From the IMG/VR virus record IMGVR_UViG_3300040770_000140, positions 1-35,992 of that record: DNA of 35,992 nt; one strand, given 5' to 3'. The number at the start of each line of letters is the position of its first letter. Position 1 is the stretch's first letter. The translations under genes and the position numbers were made by a program. Shown one piece after another: positions 26,226-34,041 of the stretch. The notes beneath the pieces are model-generated. The model saw only the letters and a list, made by a program, of their open reading frames with translations, ran no database searches and was not told where the DNA came from. The DNA is from a virus.

Positions 26226-26805
26226 AATTATTGTAGTAGACGCCGGCCACGGTGGCGTAATTAAAGGAATACCACAAACGGCCGGAAAACGTTCGCCGGA
26301 CTTCGGCAAAGGTATTTTATACGAAGGCGTAACGAACAGGCAAATAGCGCGAAAGTTTCTTTGTATGCTCAAAAACGCCGGTATTCCTTGCGTCGAATTG
26401 GTTCCTGAAGAAACTGACGTTTCGCTTGGCGAACGCGTCCGTAGGGTTAACAAAATAAAAGACGCTGTTCTTGTTAGCTTCCATTCGAACGCTGGGGTCG
26501 AAACGGCTTCAGGCTGGGAAATTTTCACTTCAGTAGGCAAGACAGCCGCCGACCCTATAGCCGAAGCTATACTTCAGGAAATGAAAAAAGAATTTCCAAA
26601 GGCGAAGTTCAGAACCGACAATTCAGACGGCGACGGCGACAAAGAAGAAAATTTTTACATACTTAAAAATTCAAATTGTCCGGCCGTTTTAATAGAGAAT
26701 TTTTTTATGACCAACAAAGAAGACTATTCGCTTTTATTGTCTGAAGCCGGCCAAAATAAGATTTCGAAGGCTGTTTTTGAAGCCGTTAAAAATCTTCGTA
26801 AATGA
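26215..26805 (+). CDS. N-acetylmuramoyl-L-alanine amidase (Amidase_3) endolysin
   Basis: IIVVDAGHGG, VSFHSNA and PAVLIENFFMTN are the canonical Amidase_3 motifs. Confidence 0.85.
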   Translation: MKNKIIVVDAGHGGVIKGIPQTAGKRSPDFGKGILYEGVTNRQIARKFLCMLKNAGIPCVELVPEETDVSLGERVRRVNKIKDAVLVSFHSNAGVETASGWEIFTSVGKTAADPIAEAILQEMKKEFPKAKFRTDNSDGDGDKEENFYILKNSNCPAVLIENFFMTNKEDYSLLLSEAGQNKISKAVFEAVKNLRK

Positions 26806-27158
26806 AAAACTTCTTTAAGATTTACCGTATTTATATAATGCTTTTTGTGTTTTTGTGGGTCGGTATTGGAATAATGCAATATTTTGTTATTTCGCCGATT
26901 AGGCAAGACAACAAAAGGCACAAAGAAGAAATTAAAAGGCTTGAAACTGAAAACGGATTTATTACGCTTTCGTTAAACAAGAATGAAGCGCTTATAAAAG
27001 TGCAAATAAAAAAAATTGAACAGCTTGAAGCGCTTGAAGCCTACTATAAAAAAAAAGCTTCAGAAACAGTTATAAAATATGAAAAAGAAAAAACTTCTTA
27101 TGTTCGCCGTACTGTTGCTGAACGTCGCCGCATATTCGCAAAGCTTGCCAGCGAATGA
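26802..27158 (+). CDS. N-terminal TM plus coiled-coil protein (holin or i-spanin-like candidate)
   Basis: IYIMLFVFLWVGIGIMQYFVI followed by EEIKRLETEN..IEQLEALEAYYKK. ATGA overlap with the amidase stop. Confidence 0.5.
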   Translation: MKNFFKIYRIYIMLFVFLWVGIGIMQYFVISPIRQDNKRHKEEIKRLETENGFITLSLNKNEALIKVQIKKIEQLEALEAYYKKKASETVIKYEKEKTSYVRRTVAERRRIFAKLASE

Positions 27159-27486
27159 CAGTATAAAAATAGCCGTTCGCGATATGGATAACGCAACTAT
27201 TAAAATGATTGAAGGCAAACAGGCGAAAGCTGAACTTCGGTTTATTTCGGCCGCGCTTTCAGCTTGCGACACTATAAAACAGCGTCAAAAAGTAGTTATA
27301 GGCCTTTACGAAACGAATTCAGTCGGTTTAAAGACGCAAAACCTGAACTTGGTAAAGATATCCGACGACTTGAAAATAATAGCTAAGAACGAAAAAAGCG
27401 CCGGTTTAAGGCGCGGTTTCTTCGGTTTCTTAAAAGGTTTCGCCGTGGGGGTCGTTGTTACTTCGGCGGTTTTGTTATTAAATTAA
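27079..27486 (+). CDS. Secreted/anchored protein with an N-terminal signal peptide and a C-terminal TM. It overlaps the previous gene out of frame
   Basis: MKKKKLLMFAVLLLNVAAYSQS at the N-terminus and GFAVGVVVTSAVLLLN at the C-terminus. The 80-nt overlap with 26802..27158 is in another frame. There is no Cys lipobox. Confidence 0.5.
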   Translation: MKKKKLLMFAVLLLNVAAYSQSLPANDSIKIAVRDMDNATIKMIEGKQAKAELRFISAALSACDTIKQRQKVVIGLYETNSVGLKTQNLNLVKISDDLKIIAKNEKSAGLRRGFFGFLKGFAVGVVVTSAVLLLN

Positions 27487-27620
27487 AGCATAATAACAAG
27501 TTCGAATTCTGAAACCAACAAAGCCAAGGCTTCGTTTTTAGCTTTCAAATAGTTGTATTTTTCAGCTTGCGTTAAAGGCTTAGTTTTAGGCGGCTTTTTA
27601 AGCGTTTTCGGGTCTATCAT
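27483..27620 (-). CDS. Small hypothetical protein (45 aa from ATG 27620; the ORF track gives a 73-aa TTG-start version to 27704)
   Basis: MIDPKTLKKPPKTKPLTQAEKYNYLKAKNEALALLVSEFELVIML. The longer version would read through the 27639-27677 hairpin and overlap the ATPase gene. Confidence 0.3.
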   Translation of the reverse strand: MIDPKTLKKPPKTKPLTQAEKYNYLKAKNEALALLVSEFELVIML

Positions 27621-27638
27621 AATTTTTGTATATAATAT

Positions 27639-27677
27639 AACCGCGCCGAAGTTTTGAAGCTTTAGGCGCGGTTTTTT
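27639..27677 (+). terminator. Intrinsic terminator for the rightward late/lysis transcript
   Basis: 9-bp stem aaccgcgcc / ggcgcggtt, 17-nt loop, T-run at 27672-27677. Confidence 0.6.
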
Positions 27678-27681
27678 AAGG

Positions 27682-28935
27682 TTATTCAGAAACGTTTTCT
27701 TCAATTTCTATTTTAAGCGAACCGTCTTCGCGGTCGACCAATTCTACAAATAACTCTATACCTTCAGATTTAGACCAAGTTTTTACTTTTTCGAAGTTTT
27801 CTTTGTCAATAAGCGAAGCGTCAATTTTCAGAATTTTAACTTCATTCAGAAGCGAAGCGCCAATTTTCAAACCGGCGATTAATTGCGCGGCGGTATTTAT
27901 TTGGGTTCTGTCGAACGGCAACGCGTTAAAAAGAAAACATTCGTTTTCTATATCATAAGACAGGCCTTCAATATTGATTTTTTCGGAAATTATAACCGCT
28001 TTTCTGTCCTTGCTTTCGGTTATTCCGTCCGTCGCTTCTTGAATGGCTTCTTGTAGCTTTTCAATGGCTTCGTCGGCTTCTTTGTAGCCTTTGGCTTCGA
28101 ATATTGAAGCGTTTATTTTCTCGCTGTTCTTGAAGTCGTTTTCAAGGCCAGCCAGCACGTCAGACGGTACCGGTTTATTTCCGGCTTCGTCCAGCCAAGT
28201 ATAAGCGCCTTTTACTTCAGCTTCAATTTTATCGAATTCGGCCTTCAGTACTTTAATTCGCTGTTCGCGGTCAGCTATTCCGTCGGTCACTTTTTGCCAA
28301 TTTTCAGCTTTTACGCGTTCGACTTCTCTTAATTTGGTTATTTTTTCGGCCAATTCCACGACGTTGACAAGCGGCTTTTCGGCTTCTTCAGGCTGGAAAA
28401 AGCCGGCCTTGGCTTGAAGTTCGACAAGCTTCTTTTTATCAAATTTGCGGCTGTCGCTGTTTTCTTCAATTTGTTGGTCTAATTCGTAAACGTCGACGCC
28501 GGTAATTTTACAAAAATATTCGACTTGCTTCGCGTCTGACATTTTGAAGAAGTCGTTAACGTTAAAGTCTATAACGCCTATACGTTCGTTTAACCACGTT
28601 CGCGGCGCTTTTACGAACTTGTCTTTTTCGTCGACAGCGTTCAGGTTCTCAATTTCAAAAGAAACCGGAGTTTTACCGGTAGCCAATTTTGTACGAACAA
28701 TGAAACCGTCGGCAAGTTCTACTTCGATAAGGCCTTTTTTGGCGCCTGTCGTGACCGGTTTCGGCGGTATGTTCTTACCGGTAAGCGCAAGCCAAACAGC
28801 GTCTATAAACGAAGTTTTGCCGCTGGCGTTCTTGCCTGTAAGATAAACGTCGTTTCCTAAAACTTCGCCTTCGTAAGCCTTAAGGCCTTTAAAATTCTGA
28901 ATTTTGATTCTCTTAATTTGTGTTTCGTTTGACAT
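27682..28935 (-). CDS. SMC/Rad50/RecF-like ABC-type ATPase with a central coiled coil
   Basis: IKIQNFKGL..LTGKNASGKTSFIDAVWLALTG is an SMC_N-type Walker A. The central region is coiled coil. C-terminus: NTAAQLIAGLKIG..ILKIDAS. Start moved to ATG 28935 because ATG 28977 lies in the loop of the upstream terminator. Confidence 0.7.
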   Translation of the reverse strand: MSNETQIKRIKIQNFKGLKAYEGEVLGNDVYLTGKNASGKTSFIDAVWLALTGKNIPPKPVTTGAKKGLIEVELADGFIVRTKLATGKTPVSFEIENLNAVDEKDKFVKAPRTWLNERIGVIDFNVNDFFKMSDAKQVEYFCKITGVDVYELDQQIEENSDSRKFDKKKLVELQAKAGFFQPEEAEKPLVNVVELAEKITKLREVERVKAENWQKVTDGIADREQRIKVLKAEFDKIEAEVKGAYTWLDEAGNKPVPSDVLAGLENDFKNSEKINASIFEAKGYKEADEAIEKLQEAIQEATDGITESKDRKAVIISEKINIEGLSYDIENECFLFNALPFDRTQINTAAQLIAGLKIGASLLNEVKILKIDASLIDKENFEKVKTWSKSEGIELFVELVDREDGSLKIEIEENVSE

Positions 28936-28956
28936 TTTTTTTGATTTATTGAGGTT

Positions 28957-28990
28957 AAAGAAAAAAGGCGCGGCCATTGAACCGCGCCTT
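28957..28990 (-). terminator. Intrinsic terminator (minus strand) after the SSB-like gene
   Basis: Minus strand reads aaggcgcgg-ttcaatgg-ccgcgcctt followed by TTTTTTCTTT. Confidence 0.7.
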
Positions 28991-29009
28991 ATATTATTTT
29001 AATAATGGC

Positions 29010-29675
29010 CTAAAATGGAAGCGCTTTTTTGATTATGTCGCCGCCGCCGATAGGGTTAAGAATATAACCGGCCGGAATTTCGTCGCCTTGAACCCAATTT
29101 TCAGGGGTTACGACCTTCGCGTTCGTGGCCGCTGGCGTCGCGTTTGGGTTCTGACCGTCGGCCGCTGTCGCTTTGCCTATAAACGGATTACCGCCGGAAA
29201 CGAAAAGCTGTTTTAAATCAATGGGGTTGTCGGTATAAGCTTCAACGATAACGTCAGAAACGGCGCTTGGCGGTTCAGGACTTGTAAAATATTCGGTATC
29301 CATTCCCGAACCTTTTTTTGTAATTACTATGTCGTAATTTTTAGGGTGACCCCAAGCCGCCTTTTCAGATAATGCGATTAAATTCGCGATAATTCCGGCT
29401 TTGTCAAGTTCAAAAACTTCTATTTTTGCGGTCTTGTAATTCCAAACGATAAGACCCCAAGCGTGCTTAACGCTGTCGCTTTTTCCGTCGCCTTTTGGCG
29501 GCGTTGGTTGGTCTTTAAACCAAGCCGAACGCGTAGGCTTGCCGTCGCGCCATTCCAGCCACATAAGAACCGGAGAAGACAGGATTCGAAGCGTATTGTC
29601 GCCTGTTTCTAATTTTGTAAAACCGCCGCCGCTTGTTGGTTGCGCGTAACCTTCAGGAATAAATGAATTTGACAT
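29010..29675 (-). CDS. Putative ssDNA-binding protein (phage gp2.5/DUF669-like OB-fold; unverified)
   Basis: GFTKLETGDNTLRILSSPV..HAWGLIVWNY..IEVFEL is a pattern I associate with phage SSBs. It has a low-complexity C-terminal region ending ..KKALPF and lies next to the recombination ATPase. Confidence 0.45.
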   Translation of the reverse strand: MSNSFIPEGYAQPTSGGGFTKLETGDNTLRILSSPVLMWLEWRDGKPTRSAWFKDQPTPPKGDGKSDSVKHAWGLIVWNYKTAKIEVFELDKAGIIANLIALSEKAAWGHPKNYDIVITKKGSGMDTEYFTSPEPPSAVSDVIVEAYTDNPIDLKQLFVSGGNPFIGKATAADGQNPNATPAATNAKVVTPENWVQGDEIPAGYILNPIGGGDIIKKALPF

Positions 29676-29701
29676 AATTTTGATATTTAATTGTTAATTG
29701 A

Positions 29702-29962
29702 TTACTTTTTTGAGTTTTGAAGCGTTAAAACAAGTGCTTCCAGCTTTTCGGTAATGTCGGCGTCGGTCTGTCTTAATTGAAGAACGTTCGACATTAATGA
29801 CCGCTTTTTTACGGTATCTAATTCAGGGAATTGAAAGACTAAAAGCGTAGTTATGCCGCTTTTAGGTAACAAAAGCTTCGCATTTATGACGCGAATTTTT
29901 AAACTGTGGTCAGTCGGCTGAAGCTTCTTTTCTTCGGCCGTGGGTTTTCTTGGAATTTTCAT
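29702..29962 (-). CDS. Hypothetical protein
   Basis: 86-aa ORF in the leftward operon. Confidence 0.5.
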   Translation of the reverse strand: MKIPRKPTAEEKKLQPTDHSLKIRVINAKLLLPKSGITTLLVFQFPELDTVKKRSLMSNVLQLRQTDADITEKLEALVLTLQNSKK

Positions 29963-29974
29963 TTTTTTAGGATT

Positions 29975-30226
29975 TTATTTTAAACAGAAATTTACAGTAA
30001 GACCGCCGCGCAAACGAATAACCGTTTTTGTTAGGTCGGAATTTAAGGCGCGGTCAAAGTGACGAAGCGCCAAGTCAATAGGGTCTTTTGAGTTTTCCAA
30101 TAATATAGCGTATTTTCCGGCGCCTATTAAAGACGTTTTTTTGTCGCCGTCAAAACGGTAACGAATAACGAAGTTTTGATTAATTGACTTAATAAGGCTT
30201 TGTTCAATGTGGCTAATTACTGACAT
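29975..30226 (-). CDS. Hypothetical protein (first gene of the leftward operon)
   Basis: The ORF track starts at 30298, but a minus-strand -7 box (30257-30264) lies inside that extension. ATG 30226 (MSVISHIEQ..) is downstream of it. Confidence 0.5.
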   Translation of the reverse strand: MSVISHIEQSLIKSINQNFVIRYRFDGDKKTSLIGAGKYAILLENSKDPIDLALRHFDRALNSDLTKTVIRLRGGLTVNFCLK

Positions 30227-30256
30227 AATGGGTTTTTTTCTCGTTGTTGTTGGGTG

Positions 30257-30264
30257 CAAAGATA
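30257..30264 (-). promoter_or_regulatory. Bacteroidota-type -7 box TATCTTTG (minus strand), leftward promoter
   Basis: The plus strand reads caaagata. It ends 30 nt upstream of ATG 30226. Confidence 0.4.
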
Positions 30265-30310
30265 TAAATGTTTTTGACATTATAAAATTTTTTTGCAATT
30301 AATTTTTACA

Positions 30311-30318
30311 TATATTTG
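30311..30318 (+). promoter_or_regulatory. Bacteroidota-type -7 box TATATTTG, rightward promoter
   Basis: Perfect TAnnTTTG. A TTTG lies at 30292-30295, with shorter than canonical spacing. ATG 30347 is 28 nt downstream. Confidence 0.45.
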
Positions 30319-30346
30319 CAGTCAACAAAATAAAACCTTTGTAATT

Positions 30347-30532
30347 ATGACATCATTAGAAAAATTCTACAATGAACGCATAAAGGCGACCGACGGCCGT
30401 TTTCCAGCGTTTAACGAACTAAACGACGAAGCGAAGCAAGTTATTAGAAAATCGACAAGTTTCGCTTTTTACAAACTTGACAGGGATTTTGAAGCCTTAA
30501 AAACTAAAGCAAGAAATTTATTTAAGCTATGA
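30347..30532 (+). CDS. Hypothetical protein (61 aa)
   Basis: The ORF-track TTG start at 30293 precedes the promoter box, so ATG 30347 (MTSLEKFYNER..) is preferred. ATGA overlap with the helicase start. Confidence 0.5.
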   Translation: MTSLEKFYNERIKATDGRFPAFNELNDEAKQVIRKSTSFAFYKLDRDFEALKTKARNLFKL

Positions 30533-32022
30533 ATTTAAGACCATACCAAACCGAAAGCAAGAACGGAATTCGCGCCAGCTTCAGCGCTGGGAATAAAGCC
30601 GTCGTTCTTTGTTCGCCTACGGGTTCCGGCAAGACCGTAACGTTCGCCGATATAGCGCGCGAAAGCGTGCTAAAAGGCTTCGTCGTTATGATAGCGGTCG
30701 ACAGAACTGAACTGTTAGAACAGGCAAAAAACAAGCTTATTGAATACGGCCTTAGTCCGGCCATAATAACGGCCGGAAAATCAATGAAACGAAACGCCAG
30801 CTGTTATGTCGCTACGGTTCAAACCCTGAAGCGCCGCACGTTCCCCGAAATTGACCTTTTAATTATTGACGAAGCACACAAGCAAATTTTCGACCCTGTA
30901 GTTAAGCAATACAAAGAAGCTGGCGTTTTTATAATAGGCGCCACGGCTACGCCTGTAAGAAGCGGCAAAATGGGGCAACTAAGCGACGTATATGACGAAA
31001 AAGTTGAAACTATTACCATAAGCGAACTAATAAAAGAAGGTTTTCTTGTTCCGGCGGTAACTTACAGCGTGAAAACCGATACTTCAAAATTAGCCGTAAA
31101 AGGCGGCGACTACGATAATAAGCAAATGTTCGATATGTTCGACAAAAAGAAGCTATACGACGGCGTAGTTGAAAAATATAAGACATTCACGCCGAAGACT
31201 AAGGCTATTTGTTTTAATATAAACGTCGAACATTCCAAGAACGTGACGCGCGCCTTTAATGAAGCCGGAATTTCGGCCGTTCACGTCGACGGAACGACAC
31301 CAAAGAAGAACCGCGAAGACATATTTCGCGCTTTTAAAGCTGGTCAATTCGCTGTTCTTTGCAACGTAGACATAGCGACGACAGGCTTCGACGAATGGAC
31401 TATTGAAACCGTAATAGTTAACCGCGTGACTTTATCGCTGGCGTTATGGCTTCAAATGGGCGGCCGTGGTTCGCGAATTACGCCTTCGGGTCTTGTCGGC
31501 GTGGCTGGCGTGCTACAAAAGGAACATTTTAATTTGTTAGATATGGGCGGCAACGTTTACGCGCTTGGTTTTTGGGAAGAAGAACGCCTTTGGAACCTGA
31601 CCCACAAAAAGAACGATAAAGCCGGAATAGCGCCTATAAAAGAATGTCCTGAAGATAGAGTTGACACCAATTTCAAAAGGGGTTGCGGCTGTCTTGTTCC
31701 AGCGCCGGCGCCTACTTGCAAACATTGCGGCTTTGTGTTCCCTAAAGAAGAAAAAAAACTTGCTGAAGGCGAATTCATAGAGGTACAAAACTATAACCTT
31801 TTGCCGCCTGAAATAGTTGGCCAAGCGTGGGGTTCTTTGTCACTTGAACAGCTGGAAACGGTCAGGACAATAAAAGGCTACAAATTAGGCTGGATTATTA
31901 AACAGATTGCAATAAATAAAGACCTTACTTTAATTGAATACGCGCGCTTCAGGGAATTTAAAGCGCCGGCGTATTGGGTCGAACGAATGGAAAAAATGTA
32001 TAACTTAACACCTACAAAATAA
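30529..32022 (+). CDS. SF2 DEAD/DEAH-box helicase with a C-terminal Cys-cluster (zinc-ribbon-like) region
   Basis: RPYQ, CSPTGSGKT, LLIIDEAHK, GATATP, TTGFD and GRGSR motifs. CPED..CGC..CKHCG cluster. Confidence 0.85.
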   Translation: MNLRPYQTESKNGIRASFSAGNKAVVLCSPTGSGKTVTFADIARESVLKGFVVMIAVDRTELLEQAKNKLIEYGLSPAIITAGKSMKRNASCYVATVQTLKRRTFPEIDLLIIDEAHKQIFDPVVKQYKEAGVFIIGATATPVRSGKMGQLSDVYDEKVETITISELIKEGFLVPAVTYSVKTDTSKLAVKGGDYDNKQMFDMFDKKKLYDGVVEKYKTFTPKTKAICFNINVEHSKNVTRAFNEAGISAVHVDGTTPKKNREDIFRAFKAGQFAVLCNVDIATTGFDEWTIETVIVNRVTLSLALWLQMGGRGSRITPSGLVGVAGVLQKEHFNLLDMGGNVYALGFWEEERLWNLTHKKNDKAGIAPIKECPEDRVDTNFKRGCGCLVPAPAPTCKHCGFVFPKEEKKLAEGEFIEVQNYNLLPPEIVGQAWGSLSLEQLETVRTIKGYKLGWIIKQIAINKDLTLIEYARFREFKAPAYWVERMEKMYNLTPTK

Positions 32023-32321
32023 TGACAGATTTAAACAAATGTTCAGCGAATTGCGAAGCTTGCAAAGCGACGCCAGCAAACGACGAAAAAGGCCTTATTA
32101 TTGAATTCTACGCTTCACACTACGCCGACAGCGAAAAGACCGAAAGCTTTTGCTGTTTGGTCGAAAAAGGTACTGAAGAAGGTTCTTGGTCAGGTCGTCA
32201 ATGGTTCGGCCTAAAATACGCAACTTATAAACGTACTTGTCAAGGTAATAAAATAGTAGTTTCAGCGCCTTTGTGGCTGTTAGAACGTAAAGGAATTTTA
32301 AACTTAATAACTAAAATATAA
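32022..32321 (+). CDS. Small Cys-rich hypothetical protein
   Basis: 99 aa. N-terminal CSANCEAC (CX3CX2C) plus CC and C further on. Confidence 0.5.
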   Translation: MTDLNKCSANCEACKATPANDEKGLIIEFYASHYADSEKTESFCCLVEKGTEEGSWSGRQWFGLKYATYKRTCQGNKIVVSAPLWLLERKGILNLITKI

Positions 32322-33070
32322 TGAAAATTTTAAACGAAGTGAAAATTGAAACGGTTCTTTTCTTAGACATTGAAACCGCGCCGAATTGGTTAACATTAGA
32401 CCAAGCGCCTGAAGTAGTCCAAAACGAATGGATTTATAAATTCAAGTTCAGAAGCGAAGCGCCAGCCGAACCAAAAAAAGGCGAAGTTTACACCGATTAC
32501 TTTGAATATTTCGCCGAACTATGGCAAAAAGAAGCCGGCCTTTACGCTGAATTTTCGCGCGTCGTTTGCGTTTCTGTCGGGTTTATGTATCAGGGTAATT
32601 TCTTAATGCGGTCATACTTCCAGCAAAACGAAGGCGAACTTCTACAAGCTTTCAAAGCTGACCTTTTAAGCTTTTGCGGTTCTGTAGCCTTGGCGAAACT
32701 TTGCGCTCACTACGGCAAAGGTTTTGACTATCCATTTTTAGCGAAAAGAATGTTAATAAATCGAATAGTTATACCGGCCATTTTAGACACCGCCGGACAA
32801 AAGCCTTGGGAAATTGCAAACTTAGACACTCACGAAATTTGGAAAATGGGCGGCACGAACAGCGCCGGCCTTCCGGCTATTTGTATGGCCTTCGGAATAG
32901 ACACGCCGAAAGACGACTTGAACGGTTCCTTGGTAGCCAAAGCGTTTCACGACGGCCAGCTTCAGCGAATAGCTGACTATTGCGAAAAGGACGTTTTCGC
33001 GCTGTTAAACGTATTCAAGGCGTTCAGATTAGAAGAACCGGTTTCGGCCGTTAATATTGTAAAACATTAA
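32321..33070 (+). CDS. 3'-5' exonuclease, RNase H-fold (PolB-exonuclease-like, PF10108-type)
   Basis: LFLDIETAP, VCVSVGF, GKGFDYPFL and YCEKDV fit ExoI/II/III-like motifs. Confidence 0.65.
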   Translation: MKILNEVKIETVLFLDIETAPNWLTLDQAPEVVQNEWIYKFKFRSEAPAEPKKGEVYTDYFEYFAELWQKEAGLYAEFSRVVCVSVGFMYQGNFLMRSYFQQNEGELLQAFKADLLSFCGSVALAKLCAHYGKGFDYPFLAKRMLINRIVIPAILDTAGQKPWEIANLDTHEIWKMGGTNSAGLPAICMAFGIDTPKDDLNGSLVAKAFHDGQLQRIADYCEKDVFALLNVFKAFRLEEPVSAVNIVKH

Positions 33071-33072
33071 AA

Positions 33073-33267
33073 TTGCAAAAATACACACCACTTACAGAAG
33101 AACAAAAACACGACATAATTCAGCTTTTCAGATTTACAAAAGACAATACTTCGAAAGAAATAGCTTTAAAAATCGGTTGCGCTATTTCACAAGTTGACAA
33201 AGCCGTTAACGACCATTTATTTAAAAAGAACCCCGAACAAGACAGAAACCGAAAAAGAATTTATTAA
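33073..33267 (+). CDS. Small putative HTH protein (TTG start)
   Basis: TSKEIALKIGCAISQVDKAV looks HTH-like. There is no in-frame ATG, so the call depends on TTG 33073. Confidence 0.35.
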   Translation: MQKYTPLTEEQKHDIIQLFRFTKDNTSKEIALKIGCAISQVDKAVNDHLFKKNPEQDRNRKRIY

Positions 33268-33268
33268 G

Positions 33269-33583
33269 ATGAACGAAATATATAAAAATGCAGTCGAAAA
33301 CCAAGGCGAAAAAGGCGAACCGATATTTTTTGGCGAAATAAGGCTATTTAAAGCCACGAAAAAAGGTAATTCGATAAAGATTACCAAGACGTTCTTCAAT
33401 GCTCGCAAAATGGTTTTTTCGGGTAAATTAGAGAACGTAAAGACTGACCGCTTGCTTCTTTTGTCTTGTCTGAATTCATTTTTTGACAAGAAAAAGGCCT
33501 TCGAAGAACGTAAAAGCGGCGTTTGGTTTATTGATTCCTTAACAGTTGAAAAATTCCTTGGATATGGTTTTAAGTCAAAGTAA
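33269..33583 (+). CDS. Hypothetical protein (104 aa)
   Basis: ATG 33269 lies 1 nt after the upstream stop. The ORF-track 33194 start overlaps the upstream gene. Confidence 0.45.
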   Translation: MNEIYKNAVENQGEKGEPIFFGEIRLFKATKKGNSIKITKTFFNARKMVFSGKLENVKTDRLLLLSCLNSFFDKKKAFEERKSGVWFIDSLTVEKFLGYGFKSK

Positions 33584-33956
33584 AAAGGACGCCGGCCGGT
33601 TCTGTTGTGCTTACGCCTGTCAGAACGAACCAAGTAAAAAGCTGGGCGGCCTTTGTTTTAAACACTACGAACGCAAGCGCCGACAGAATGACCCTATCGG
33701 CGCGCGGTTCCAACAGTTCAGAACGAACGCCTTAAAAAGAAAAAAAGAATTTACTATAACACTATTAGAGTTTCGGAAATTTTGCCAAGTTACCGGCTAT
33801 TGTATCAAAAAAGGCCGGCGCGGCCAAAATGCAACTATAGACCGATATTGTAACGCTCACGGTTACCACATTTGGAACATTCACTTAATGACCAATTCGG
33901 CGAACGCCAGCAAGGGCGCCGGTTTTCGTGGCGACGACTTCGAATGTCCTTTTTAG
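33564..33956 (+). CDS. HNH-family-like endonuclease (GLCxxHYxR ... IDRxxxxxGYxxxN ... N type)
   Basis: GGLCFKHYERKRRQNDP plus FTITLLEF..ATIDRYCNAHGYHIWNIHLMTNSANASKG resemble free-standing phage HNH proteins (from memory). ATG 33564 is preferred over TTG 33546. Confidence 0.5.
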   Translation: MVLSQSKKDAGRFCCAYACQNEPSKKLGGLCFKHYERKRRQNDPIGARFQQFRTNALKRKKEFTITLLEFRKFCQVTGYCIKKGRRGQNATIDRYCNAHGYHIWNIHLMTNSANASKGAGFRGDDFECPF

Positions 33957-34002
33957 TGTAAAATTAATTTGCAAATTTATTTTAATAACTCGTTAATATT
34001 TT

Positions 34003-34010
34003 TATCTTTG
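34003..34010 (+). promoter_or_regulatory. Bacteroidota-type -7 box TATCTTTG
   Basis: Perfect TAnnTTTG in the 85-nt gap, 31 nt upstream of ATG 34042. Confidence 0.4.
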
Positions 34011-34041
34011 CTGAAGTATTAACGACAAAAACACTATTAAA

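Noticed and set aside
28975-28977. ATG 28977 as the start of the ATPase gene (the ORF-track start)
   Set aside because: It lies in the loop of the minus-strand terminator hairpin (28965-28990). The 14 extra residues (MAAPFFFNLNKSKK) would be encoded by the terminator and its T tract. ATG 28935 directly precedes the conserved SMC_N N-terminus.
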